Source: a virus
Virus record (IMG/VR): IMGVR_UViG_3300045972_000084
Coordinates: 1 to 64,000 of that record
Length of the DNA: 64,000 bases
Strand: one strand, 5' to 3'
Positions 39,701 to 46,603 of the stretch are shown here, one piece after another. Position 1 is the stretch's first letter; each line of letters opens with the position of its first letter. A program made the position numbers and the translations under genes. Below the pieces are notes generated by a model, which saw nothing but the letters and a program-made list of their open reading frames with translations, was not told the DNA's origin and did no database searches.

Positions 39701-42700
39701 CCTAGATCCAATCGACGGCACTGCGTACTTCATCGACCCTGACGGAGAGATCGCCTACTACGATGATCTTCCAGACCACATCCAGAAGATGGTGGATGAT
39801 ACTGGCGTAAGCGTGTCCGGTCCTGCGAAGTACGAGAACTACGTTCTTCCCGGCGGCGAGAACTACCGCGAAGTTCTTCTGACGTTGCCCGGAAGAAATG
39901 GATGGCTTGGCGAGAACGGGGAAACGGGCGAAGGAAAAATCTTTAACACACGCGACGAGGCGATTGCATTTGCTGGGCTGAACGGTGAAGTTAGCGAGTC
40001 TGAATCTAAGGATGGCTACCGCTCATCCCACTGGGACCAGAAGAATGTCCTAGCTCACATTCGTATGAACGACCGTACCGACTCCGAAGGTAAACGGGTT
40101 TTATTCGTGGAAGAGGTGCAATCTGACTGGGGTCAGGATGGAAAGAAGAAGGGGTTCAATGCTGAGCTAGACAAGACCCCTCTGACCCTAGAAGAAATTT
40201 CAGAGTTGAACGACTTGTACGGACTGCGCATCACAGGAAGAACACCAGAGCAGACTGCACGCATGCACGCGCTGAACGACCGCGATAACGCATCCAAAGG
40301 CAAGGGTACGATCCCGGCTGCCCCATTCGTAGGCAAGACCGACGCTTGGGTATCCCTAGCCCTGAAGCGAGTCATCAAGATGGCCGTGGATGGAGGCTAT
40401 GACAAGGTCGCGTTTGTGAATGGAGAGCAATCAGCAGATCGGTACTCTCTTGCAAAGAAGGTAAAGATCATTGACTACAGCGTGACTGGCGACCAGAACT
40501 ATCACGTTGAGGCATTCACGCATGACGGGGAGGTATTGCCGATCCCATACAGCCTTGATGCTGATGGTATCGAGCGTTATGTCGGCAAAGAAATTGCCCA
40601 GAAAATTGTCGATACCGCAACCAGAGAAAAGCAATCTGTAAAGGGCGATGACCTAAAGGTCGGTGGTGAAGGCATGAAAACTTTCTATGACCGCATCGTC
40701 CCATCCGTAGCCAAAGACGTGCTCAAGAAATTGGGTGGCGAGAAGCTGGAGACGGTATCAATGTCTCACGACCCAAATCAAGAGCTATCCAAGTGGGAGC
40801 CTGAAGATGGAGTAGGAGATGGAAGTAAAGCGGCCATTGACCAATACTCACAACCAGGTTTCACCATAACCCCGGAGATGCGTGATAAGGTTGGAAGTGG
40901 TATGCCGCTATTTAGTGAGCGAGATGAGAAGAATACAGATCTATTCCACAAGGATGTCAACACGCAGCGCATGTATCTACATAGCGTAGCCACAAAAGAA
41001 TATCTCCTGAATCGCCGAGTATCCAGTGCCGATACCGAGGTATCCGAGCGGTCTGGCTCACCCAATTCAGGAGACGTTGCTAGTGTAATCAATTCTCTAC
41101 TGAATGACAAGGGCGATGATGAAGTGAAAAAAAGCATGCGCTCCGGAACCTCAACCTGGGACATGTACGACGACTCCAAGTTTGATGACATCACCTACAA
41201 GCTGCAGAATAAGCAGATTGATACTAAGCGTGTCATTGAGTCCATTGAGAAGTATGTCGGAAAAGTAGACAACGATAAGAACGTCTACTTGCAAGAGGAG
41301 CTGTTCCATGGCCGCGCCGCCAAGGCAACCCACGACTTCGCCAAGCATGAGCTTGAGCCCTTGATGAAAGAGATTAAGGACGCGGGCTATGAACTGTCTG
41401 ATGTGGAGGAATACCTGCATGCGCGCCACGCCAAGGAGGCTAATGCGGTGATCGCCATGCGTGACCCCAGCATGCCTGATGGCGGGTCCGGAATGACCGA
41501 CGCCGCAGCCGATGCCTATATGAGAGCTCTGAGTCAAGAGGACCGAGCCAAGCTCTCTTCTATCTCCGCCAAGGTGGACGCCATTACCAACCAAACCAGG
41601 CAGATGTATGCCGACTATGGTCTGGAATCGCAGGCGACGGTAGACGGTTGGAAGTCCATGTTCAAGAACTACATCCCGCTTCAGCGCGAGGATAAGGAAG
41701 GCACCATGGGTATAGGCCAGGGCTTCTCCGTCAAGGGTAAAGAGGTCAAGGGCCGCACCGGCTCAACCCGCAAGGTGGTCGATATCCTGGCCAACATTGC
41801 CATGCAGCGCGAGCGCTTGATTGTTCGTGGGGAAAAGAACCGCGTCTCCAATGCGCTCCTGGGCCTAGCCATCGCCAACCCCAACCCGGAGTTCTGGAGC
41901 GTCGGCGCACCGCCGTCTGAGCGCGTCTATGACCCGGACACCAACTCCGTGGTACTTCGGCCTGACCCGATGTACAAGAGCCGTGACAACGTGATCGTGA
42001 CAAAGGCGAAGCAGCCCGACGGGACCATCAAAGAGGTAGCGGTCGTTTTCAATGAGGAAGATAAGCGCGCACTGCGCATGGCCAAGGCCTTAAAGAACCT
42101 GGATGCTGGAGATCTTGAAGGATTGCTGGGTGTAAGCGCCAAGATCACACGTTATTTCTCAGCGGTGAACACCCAGTACAACCCAGTGTTTGGTGTAGTG
42201 AATCTGGTGCGTGACGTGCAGCATGCCATGATCACGCTGGACCGAACGCCTCTGGCCAAGAAAAAAGGCAAGATCGCACGCGACACTGTGTCGGCCCTAT
42301 CCGGTATTTATCAGGACATGCGCGCAGAGCGTAATGGTCAGCCCGGGACATCCCAGTGGTCCCAGCTCTGGGAAGACTTCCAGCATGAAGGCGGGCAGAC
42401 TGGCTACCGGCAGATGTTCGCTACAAGCAAGGACCGCGCTGAAGAGCTGCAAAAGACGCTCAATCCAGATGCCTGGCTTGAAGGGAAGTACAGCAAGATC
42501 TTCACTGCCAATGGGGCTTTAAAGGTTCCATTGTCAAAAGCTAAGGAAGGTGCAAGCGTTATCTTTGATTGGCTGAGTGACTACAACGAGTCCATGGAAA
42601 ATGGAGTTCGACTTGCAACCTATAAGGCTGGCCTAGATCAGGGTATGAGCAAGCAGGAAGCTGCCAGCTTGGCCAAGAACTTGACGGTCAACTTCAACCG

Positions 42701-43826
42701 CAAGGGTCAAATTGGGCAGCAGGCAGGAGCGGTGTACGCATTCTTCAATGCAGCCGTTCAAGGCACGGCCAACATTGGACAGACACTGTTCACTATGGAA
42801 GGCGGGAATATAAAGAGTGCCCGCTTGAGCTCTACCGGAAAGAAAGTAGTTTATGGCGGGATGATGCTGGGTGCCATGCAGGCGCTGGCGCTGGCTGCCG
42901 CAGGATTCACAGACGATGATCCTCCACAGTTTGTGCGAGACCGTGGACTGGTTTTCCCAATTGGAGACAAGAAGTACATCTCAATTCCACTACCTCAAGG
43001 GTTCAATGTGATCCCGGGAATGGGCCGACAACTTACTGAGTTTGCGCTCAATGGGTTTAAGAACCCAGCCAAGAAGGCAATCGATTTGATTGGCCTGTTT
43101 GCGGATAACTTCAATCCGATTGGCAATGCCGGGATGTCTATGCAGACCCTGGCACCCACAGCGCTGGACCCATTGGTTGCACTGACTGAGAATAGGGACT
43201 TTACTGGAAAGCCGATTGCCCGGGTTAACAGCAATAAGGCTGTACCAGGATTCACCCAGTTCAAGGACAGCGCTACCGTGATTGGAAAGCTGATCGCTGA
43301 AGGAATCAATGGGGTAACCGGTGGCAATGCCTACGTTGCCGGTGCGCTCAGCCCAACTCCTGACCAGATTGACTACCTGCTAGGGCAGGTAACCGGTGGA
43401 GTCGGCCGCGAGCTGTCAAAGGTTGAGCAGACAGCCATCAGCACGGCGACTGGGGAGGATGTTCCATCCTTCAAGATGCCACTGGTAGGACGCTTTTATG
43501 GAGATGCCAAAGAACAGGCTGCCCAAGGAGGCCAGTTCTACTCCAACGTCAATCATCTCAATGAGATTGAGACTGAGGTCAAGGCAATGCGTAAGGATGG
43601 GAAATCTGCTGATGCGCAACAAGTGCTCCGGGATAACCCAGATGCCTACTTGATTGCTCAAGCAAATGTGGCAGAACGCCAGGTGCAGCGCCTCAACAAA
43701 GAGAAGCGAGACCTGGTTGCCAAGGGTGCTGACCGTGACCTTGTAAAAGCCAAAGAGCTTCAAATCACGGCAGTAATGACGCGGCTTAATAATGCCATGG
43801 AGAAAATCCATGAGACATCAAGGTAA
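30798..43826 (+). CDS. Giant multidomain virion/ejection protein (4,342 aa; polyvalent-protein type)
   Basis: Uninterrupted 13,029-nt ORF. ATG at 30798 lies 7 nt after the SLT stop. It contains a HEFGH zincin motif, an ART-like module, several conserved uncharacterised modules and hydrophobic segments. Confidence 0.85.
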   Translation: MSETQFSSLNKILADYNKSGDSPSISHPVNSMDGQVGLAQPTQSPMGFMDHVSDVGNSIVQGGKDLVRGGSDMVRSTVGGFADLGNKAGLVSDETKNSIDESNVKAIGENLKEAEAPDRYKPKGLSGEVALGLTHAAPAIAVSMIPGVGQVLGPAAFAIQGAGAGFDAIAQGDSLNNAQAKAIGQGALNTALGHVVSGSGNALLSKVPVVGRAFEQTAADTLPAVGARFAQGAGSMAAFKPAGAAIDAAADYATGEMKNPDGTDKTYDWKPGAADLLIGGFMAVPHSVSEYASRNKMPAQATLFSDGSTGVAHKNGTLFSSSSAAESFIQSNKLDGATVAPVTKGMFDKNSKDDKVLGYVVKPPIDITPSGGQTSEAIPPTDPVTQSLTDSANKGGPLSTAVLAADPIGQRASEVEVMLRSGDLLEKVRAIDPSGATPFLDAWRTAQNKSLPEQVRQTALNQVNQVMDLVKQRQAKDLAQQVGSQMPNLEQQGPGVEINNGLPSSITQAGHQWSEMSGSTPAEDMAAQKAQALQEQQAQETQPSSDAPIIQSGPRERQAKRDAELAGQRWQDKQPIGNPAYESSPYPAPSTEGVSTSGDLNGTKDGAQPVPGVSTPTGRAIDAGSVAPGDVGRDGLAANQERPPVSSVGELGKQSSGSSNSTVGEGHGNEATQAIQAETQGSPEPSRTAVEPEAQTVTPAGDGPADVRRRKAQLSSMISKGFSDAERRDDGSFWLINHRTNEEMKLDGPADFQRARTLTENAIKEKAAESPSSPRNEKNEPSKAQIDANNYEQPETEKLGFRVGVEQDVGSERKGIDEQGKSWRQVMRHIYGKIKGFGKGFDGDEPDAFVGHGRRIFVIDQTKPDGTFDEHKIMLGFKDEEDARQSYLSNYEKGWNRIGAITEMRPHELRQWLKNGGALKPAKPYDPVTNTGVKYAAVHGVDKSSSEGKTDGQDRAGDQGVDRTGGQPEDIGLRDSSIGSLAQSGSALRDSEKDAADVASTAQKQGREISLANPEHPATRAINALLDVMAGLTGHRGIAVSDTGRGASDGFYDPLTDRYHVNVDAPQMNVAKTIVHEFGHLAKKYPGIAALYSEMYRLIPENIKREYFEKYKFKGQSFDSANGKQLHLLEEEMINDFLGGRMHDKEWLADLANKKPNLFQNFIKEWIPLLDKLITELRGILGSERDSGLQQKDIDERMISGGHLDQLEQMKRIAMDVAEEWAKNRPAYAERAGINDILVKHSSREDLQKEMEDELNGRSVSDEDIKAKGRMAEDAYPDLEWKPDSSGFQETTMAPSEGKHQQRIEMNEDLRSDLWEGGMNNTWVGPSLDERDGYATKKGARDFFRRQVAAIDLRNRKFDLANTVEKSKLNELVSAWKTMEEIDGAHRYRGTLRSDMSLKDIAKSMGVTDKYDVSIMKAPSELGEHSISVTFVDKKTGASYGATLDRHTKDGQRFLTANTIELGKSGLGGAFYQMAAEFAARNGMKLHPEDSLSGINAYRRTEQQLSAALRTDKSNVMVPHKVQRVHGFEDDATRQEQHDANLGRLILAGVRNAKELIPSFEALRYSPEMGTFTDTKGVDREKAITQILNSPDSRAFGMGRSTLARAVMSNMILKGELSAKDVASFKEPVLYSARDEAAQQYRDVEDEYRGTEHWMKAPNGKPTKLNERQWVQARTPNFLKWFGDWTKGDIWGRDDVSKVVDENGEPLVVYHGTDKGGFYSFNEPGGKDRGDLGIFTTSNGSMAESYIRKGHAKDLTPLNDQQKLDDAGIEIYEYQGRESSKATKDETFYGYRSSWSGDESGYSSKEEAQSAAISLIEEGDDGSTKPGVYATFLNLRNPYETNFEGAMWSGERHDQFMVLDKDGEPIYTDDGRQFMDNAEAIDLADARGGQVTDADSHWETTDSAVRNGRNGHDGTIILNVVDDGGGVGYDMEPSDVFVANHADQLKSADFNTGEFGDTDDIRYSEKSNEREYKLDIKMEERSTLKTARLSEEEQSAIASAAKDLGLSDVAVAKVIESAKETKKRFPVSKGWAPAEVIGIYFKKDDDELPIPGTEEPKFKVIPYGFNIPPGEKRAPAKIDEKWMSQVTDKFHGLVEDLYKRSDAGDKNAQTIIAHQTWYRNVAEVLRREYGAQGDLLADLLGAISPNTPVDTNWRFSLDILRRFVRGEFKPLMENFVKYIEAGGAPSKYPAAEKIRQLSGKLYGMNSGNAMVAMANLWRNIESGQAPKARNFALNLIGQSNMATIDVWAARMLRRAANLVRGADLPRIPPSSEAGVSGVWNADATKVTGAFGFGAEVMRRVSERMQKDGRNVTPPDLQAIAWFAEKELWGTKGWTTKTGEGGSFEENISASPVERYLAGWSIQQGEKAPEPGDVSTAQARVMAMLIGDDSVVAARAQPTFGLYGGVIEHSFDTEWTVTKGQHDPSLVMAEIAKVSKENGQYDIFVSRVIHPDERSANARPGVEIYFKTKRDLEAAMPVLNEFTSRGQDGFTLATDMRSKPGEFIGVRLQYVPEISMRWDEGLRKELMAPGGIEKVLKEKFEALRDIARDVQLMNGVAYASTHLYDTVVIGKENYDEYIDRAAGGGHPKDGGQVWFGRPVREGLEGAVARYEGKRGQVDAGRVPDAGSELQSVKNSSRDEGHSGRDGAPDQRTIRSAIHYGQRPGLKVLSGSSHGTGLKGAEYDRLKNTTDPRLTKRVYFYAPVEGGIPQPEIGLGGSVYRADLEGIYDLRTANQPIRGAGNSFESALLDAGYKGYINPEQGTIVVLNQDVPVEHIGGIGDHKVIQRRNERTIPRVETRQEGAELVRQPQGQEAMDLVQNKAAIKDAAPSYRMEYGHARVLKSEAPKADAVLAKAGSTFQFGDIRHSSRDLGFYSELSKQVEKATMKQAPSGAWKSYIKALTQKGVKADEIEWTGVNDFLDLKDGKVSKDEILKFLDGNGVQINEVTLGSPKADVEKVSAKIGHLGYEAYLDPIDGTAYFIDPDGEIAYYDDLPDHIQKMVDDTGVSVSGPAKYENYVLPGGENYREVLLTLPGRNGWLGENGETGEGKIFNTRDEAIAFAGLNGEVSESESKDGYRSSHWDQKNVLAHIRMNDRTDSEGKRVLFVEEVQSDWGQDGKKKGFNAELDKTPLTLEEISELNDLYGLRITGRTPEQTARMHALNDRDNASKGKGTIPAAPFVGKTDAWVSLALKRVIKMAVDGGYDKVAFVNGEQSADRYSLAKKVKIIDYSVTGDQNYHVEAFTHDGEVLPIPYSLDADGIERYVGKEIAQKIVDTATREKQSVKGDDLKVGGEGMKTFYDRIVPSVAKDVLKKLGGEKLETVSMSHDPNQELSKWEPEDGVGDGSKAAIDQYSQPGFTITPEMRDKVGSGMPLFSERDEKNTDLFHKDVNTQRMYLHSVATKEYLLNRRVSSADTEVSERSGSPNSGDVASVINSLLNDKGDDEVKKSMRSGTSTWDMYDDSKFDDITYKLQNKQIDTKRVIESIEKYVGKVDNDKNVYLQEELFHGRAAKATHDFAKHELEPLMKEIKDAGYELSDVEEYLHARHAKEANAVIAMRDPSMPDGGSGMTDAAADAYMRALSQEDRAKLSSISAKVDAITNQTRQMYADYGLESQATVDGWKSMFKNYIPLQREDKEGTMGIGQGFSVKGKEVKGRTGSTRKVVDILANIAMQRERLIVRGEKNRVSNALLGLAIANPNPEFWSVGAPPSERVYDPDTNSVVLRPDPMYKSRDNVIVTKAKQPDGTIKEVAVVFNEEDKRALRMAKALKNLDAGDLEGLLGVSAKITRYFSAVNTQYNPVFGVVNLVRDVQHAMITLDRTPLAKKKGKIARDTVSALSGIYQDMRAERNGQPGTSQWSQLWEDFQHEGGQTGYRQMFATSKDRAEELQKTLNPDAWLEGKYSKIFTANGALKVPLSKAKEGASVIFDWLSDYNESMENGVRLATYKAGLDQGMSKQEAASLAKNLTVNFNRKGQIGQQAGAVYAFFNAAVQGTANIGQTLFTMEGGNIKSARLSSTGKKVVYGGMMLGAMQALALAAAGFTDDDPPQFVRDRGLVFPIGDKKYISIPLPQGFNVIPGMGRQLTEFALNGFKNPAKKAIDLIGLFADNFNPIGNAGMSMQTLAPTALDPLVALTENRDFTGKPIARVNSNKAVPGFTQFKDSATVIGKLIAEGINGVTGGNAYVAGALSPTPDQIDYLLGQVTGGVGRELSKVEQTAISTATGEDVPSFKMPLVGRFYGDAKEQAAQGGQFYSNVNHLNEIETEVKAMRKDGKSADAQQVLRDNPDAYLIAQANVAERQVQRLNKEKRDLVAKGADRDLVKAKELQITAVMTRLNNAMEKIHETSR

Positions 43827-43835
43827 GGGATTGGC

Positions 43836-44450
43836 ATGGCCGAAACTTCAAAAATTCTTGGAAGTGCAGGGCAGGGACTGCCAATACCAAGCTGGAGCTC
43901 CGCAGTAAAAGACCCGACTTTCTGGAATGAGATAAAGAACAGCGCAGTGAATCTGGTGACAAACCCGGTAGACCAGTATCACAAGACAATCGATGCAGTT
44001 CTTACCCCGGCTGACAGGGCGTCTGAAGTCAGCAAGCGGGAATACCCAACACAGGACTGGGATCTGACCCAGCGCAATGCATTACGCCACTCCATGTGGG
44101 TTGGTGGCATGGCGCGGGCGATGGGCGCTGGCGCAGACAATCCAAGGTGGTCTGGGCTTGCTACCTCAGCTGCTAAGGGGGTCGGATATGCCAATGAGGC
44201 TGCGAGCTATCTAAAGCGAATCAAGGACGGTCAGAGTACAGATGATCCTGAGTATGTGCGAGACACGCTCCATGATCTGAATGCTAATGCAGTAGGCACT
44301 ATGGCGGCAGCCAAGGCAACGTCTGACGAAGACTTCGAGAATCAGCTTATTGACGCATCCAAAAACGCCAGAAGGGGCGCTCCGGTTGGCCTACTAAATA
44401 TGACTGACGGTCGGCTCTCAGCTGATCCAGACTCTCAAGCACCCAAATAG
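43836..44450 (+). CDS. Hypothetical protein (204 aa) with NALRH-x2-W ... ANE ... HDLNANAVG motif triad
   Basis: ORF 9 nt after the giant gene and the last gene of the late operon. Confidence 0.5.
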   Translation: MAETSKILGSAGQGLPIPSWSSAVKDPTFWNEIKNSAVNLVTNPVDQYHKTIDAVLTPADRASEVSKREYPTQDWDLTQRNALRHSMWVGGMARAMGAGADNPRWSGLATSAAKGVGYANEAASYLKRIKDGQSTDDPEYVRDTLHDLNANAVGTMAAAKATSDEDFENQLIDASKNARRGAPVGLLNMTDGRLSADPDSQAPK

Positions 44451-44865
44451 CCACTCCAATTGACAGAGCAATACTCAGGAACTCATGCGCGCCGTCAAGA
44501 TAGAACGGGTTTGCTTTGATCCATGGTCCGAATGGGGCTACATCGGTGTGCACAAACATGTCTAGAGCCACATGCGTTACGGTTCCAAGTAGGCATCCAA
44601 GCCACCAGCCTAGATTGCGAATCCTGATAAGTGATAAAAATATACCTATCATAATTGCCCCGGCGAACGTGTGATCAGCTCCGGAGTGAAGTGTTCCCAC
44701 AGGTGCTGGACCTCCATATTCATGAGTCCTAACCTCAATCGCCTGGAGAATTACGGGCAGATCTAGCGCACAGTTTGCCAGTACAAAGCCAACCTCACTC
44801 ATCTTTCGTTTTGTAACGCGATTGAGCAATGGAAGTAATCCGAAATGAAGCGGAGTAATTGGCAT
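44347..44865 (-). CDS. Membrane-bound metal-dependent hydrolase-like protein (YdjM/DUF457-like, 172 aa)
   Basis: Several TM segments with conserved His/Asp. THVALDMFVHTDVAPFGPW resembles the YdjM-family motif SHILADMLTPAGVPLLWP. Confidence 0.5.
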   Translation of the reverse strand: MPITPLHFGLLPLLNRVTKRKMSEVGFVLANCALDLPVILQAIEVRTHEYGGPAPVGTLHSGADHTFAGAIMIGIFLSLIRIRNLGWWLGCLLGTVTHVALDMFVHTDVAPFGPWIKANPFYLDGAHEFLSIALSIGVAIWVLESLDQLRADRQSYLVGQPERPFWRFWMRQ

Positions 44866-44874
44866 AGAGATTCC

Positions 44875-45084
44875 TTAATTCAGCAGTATGCGGATGAGAG
44901 ACCAAAGCACCGCTCCGACTGCAGATACTCCCATAACAACCCAAGCCCCAACCAGGGCAACCTGGGTTGCTTCCTTTGGCGCAAAGCCAATAGCTATAAC
45001 AATAGCCAAGAATCCAATTGCAAGAATCTCCATATGGCCCATATTAGGTGCCAAACAAAAATTCCACAATAGACAATTTGTCAC
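44875..45084 (-). CDS. Small two-TM membrane protein
   Basis: Hydrophobic ORF. The track start is GTG and an internal ATG is also possible. Confidence 0.4.
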   Translation of the reverse strand: MTNCLLWNFCLAPNMGHMEILAIGFLAIVIAIGFAPKEATQVALVGAWVVMGVSAVGAVLWSLIRILLN

Positions 45085-45260
45085 ATAAACATCGCTATCA
45101 ACATCTCCGACTCCTGCACAACGGTTGATAAGTGCGAGGAGATAGTATCAAATATGGCGCTATTGCTTGCGTCAGTTTGAGCTGAAATTAACTGTATTAC
45201 CGCGATGCTGTGCTCTTTGATTTGCTCAGCATGTGACATTACCAAGTCTGCGTTTCCCAT
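45081..45260 (-). CDS. Possible 59-aa ORF (not in track)
   Basis: An ATG..TGA ORF I translated by hand. Weak RBS. Its stop overlaps the next ORF's start. Confidence 0.25.
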   Translation of the reverse strand: MGNADLVMSHAEQIKEHSIAVIQLISAQTDASNSAIFDTISSHLSTVVQESEMLIAMFM

Positions 45261-45349
45261 TCCGTTTTTCCCGTGTTTTATTTTGGAGTTCTTAGTTTAA
45301 TGTTTGCCGCACAGAAAAGCAATGGGGTCAACTGGTTGGGTTGATTTAG

Positions 45350-45378
45350 AGCATAAGTTGCCCAACAGCAACTATCAA
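45350..45378 (-). promoter_or_regulatory. Candidate promoter TTGATA-N17-TATGCT for the moron operon
   Basis: Read on the minus strand. A 5-bp inverted repeat GTTGC/GCAAC lies in the spacer. Confidence 0.3.
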
Positions 45379-45410
45379 AAAGATAGACATTCTGGCATTT
45401 CAGGGAGATT

Positions 45411-45431
45411 CCCAGGGAAATTATATGAATA
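45411..45431 (+). repeat. Arm-type integrase-site candidates, left pair (CAGGGAGAT, CAGGGAAAT)
   Basis: Direct repeats 12 nt apart, about 70-90 nt left of the core. Confidence 0.5.
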
Positions 45432-45498
45432 CCATGAGTATCTGTAAGTAACTCCCCAGTGGGGAGTCTGCCGTACAGCAACTATTTATATGCTGTAC

Positions 45499-45528
45499 TA
45501 ATTGGTTCGAGTCCAATTGCGCCTACCA
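45499..45528 (+). other. attP core candidate: 3' fragment of a tRNA gene (T-arm plus acceptor 3' strand plus ACCA)
   Basis: ATTGG-TTCGAGT-CCAAT T-arm, then TGCGCCT-A-CCA. No matching 5' acceptor strand (AGGCGCA), D-arm or anticodon arm lies upstream. Confidence 0.6.
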
Positions 45529-45543
45529 ATGAACATCACGTTC

Positions 45544-45563
45544 CAGGGAGATTCCAGGGAGAT
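45544..45563 (+). repeat. Arm-type integrase-site candidates, right pair (CAGGGAGAT x2)
   Basis: Direct repeats 11 nt apart, in the same orientation as the left pair, 16-35 nt right of the core. Confidence 0.5.
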
Positions 45564-45640
45564 AAACTCCAAAAGGAGCCTCTCCACTGGATTCGTGATT
45601 GTTTTCCATCCGGCATCAATCCAGATTTCTTTACAGCAAA

Positions 45641-46057
45641 TCAAGTATTTTTGATCGCTGGCTCTCTCCAGTCTTGGGCAATGCCAAGCTTCAAAAGAAT
45701 TTCCCACTCTTGCTGGGAAATCTCTGCGCCCTCATCCCACCCATAGTGCTTGATCCCGTAGTAGGCATCGTCAAAGTCGGCATCCGGATCATTGAACTCC
45801 CCGCGCAGGCGGAGCATTCGCTCCAGGTACGTTTCTGTTCCTATGACGTTACTCTCATCATCATAGATTTCAAATGGGTCTTCAGCTTCGGCACTCCTTT
45901 CAGCCCAAAGACCATAGGTGAACCTATCGCCCGCGCCATCAATTGAGTCCAGGCGATTCAAAATACACTCCTCGCTATCTGCTAGAACGTACAAAAGAAC
46001 AACCTCGACCTGAGACTTTGGGCCGCAATGGCGCAGCATGATTTTGTGCAGTTTCAT
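45641..46057 (-). CDS. Hypothetical acidic protein (138 aa)
   Basis: ORF downstream of int and HNH. No motif recognised. Confidence 0.5.
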   Translation of the reverse strand: MKLHKIMLRHCGPKSQVEVVLLYVLADSEECILNRLDSIDGAGDRFTYGLWAERSAEAEDPFEIYDDESNVIGTETYLERMLRLRGEFNDPDADFDDAYYGIKHYGWDEGAEISQQEWEILLKLGIAQDWREPAIKNT

Positions 46058-46084
46058 ATCAACCTTTCACACAGAGAATTTGCT

Positions 46085-46603
46085 TTAGATCTTTGATGCT
46101 GGGTGCATCAATCTTTTGGCTGCAACGTAGGCGCTGTGAGCATCATTCGGGTTATCAAAGTACCCAAGCGATTTTGTTACTCCATTGATCACAATCCGCG
46201 CCTGGTACTTTGAAATTCTTTTATGAATATGCGATCCAAGAAGCCTGCTGTTTATGTTGTTCGCTGTTGCCCTTCTTTGATTTTGAAGATTCTCAGTCCT
46301 CGAAAGAAGTCTAAGATTTTCAATTCGGTTATCTATCCTTACGCCATTGATGTGATCAATATCTAAGTTCTCAGTAGGGTGCGACCCATATTCATACAGC
46401 CAGGCTAGTCTGTGCGCCTTATGTATTACGCCATTTACCCTGATGTGCACATACCCATGGAGGCCAATAGTTCCTGCGACAGCACCTTTCCTTGCTCTTG
46501 ACGAGAAGTTGTCTATCCACCTGAACTCTCCAGTTTCAGGCGAATAGGACAGCTTGCTTTTGAGAACTTCCAGAGTGATGCTTCTTGTTTTTGCTGCCAT
46601 CAT
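46085..46603 (-). CDS. HNH homing-type endonuclease (HNH_3-like)
   Basis: LDIDHINGVRIDNRIENLRLLSRTENLQN. It overlaps the int stop by 4 nt. Confidence 0.75.
   Translation of the reverse strand: MMAAKTRSITLEVLKSKLSYSPETGEFRWIDNFSSRARKGAVAGTIGLHGYVHIRVNGVIHKAHRLAWLYEYGSHPTENLDIDHINGVRIDNRIENLRLLSRTENLQNQRRATANNINSRLLGSHIHKRISKYQARIVINGVTKSLGYFDNPNDAHSAYVAAKRLMHPASKI

Noticed and set aside
45451-45528. A complete tRNA gene at the att region
   Set aside because: Only the T-arm, the 3' acceptor strand and ACCA are present. No AGCCGCA-type 5' acceptor complement (AGGCGCA) is present, and there is no D-arm. The upstream hairpin has an 8-bp stem and 12-nt loop, which is not an anticodon arm. It is treated as an att core fragment.
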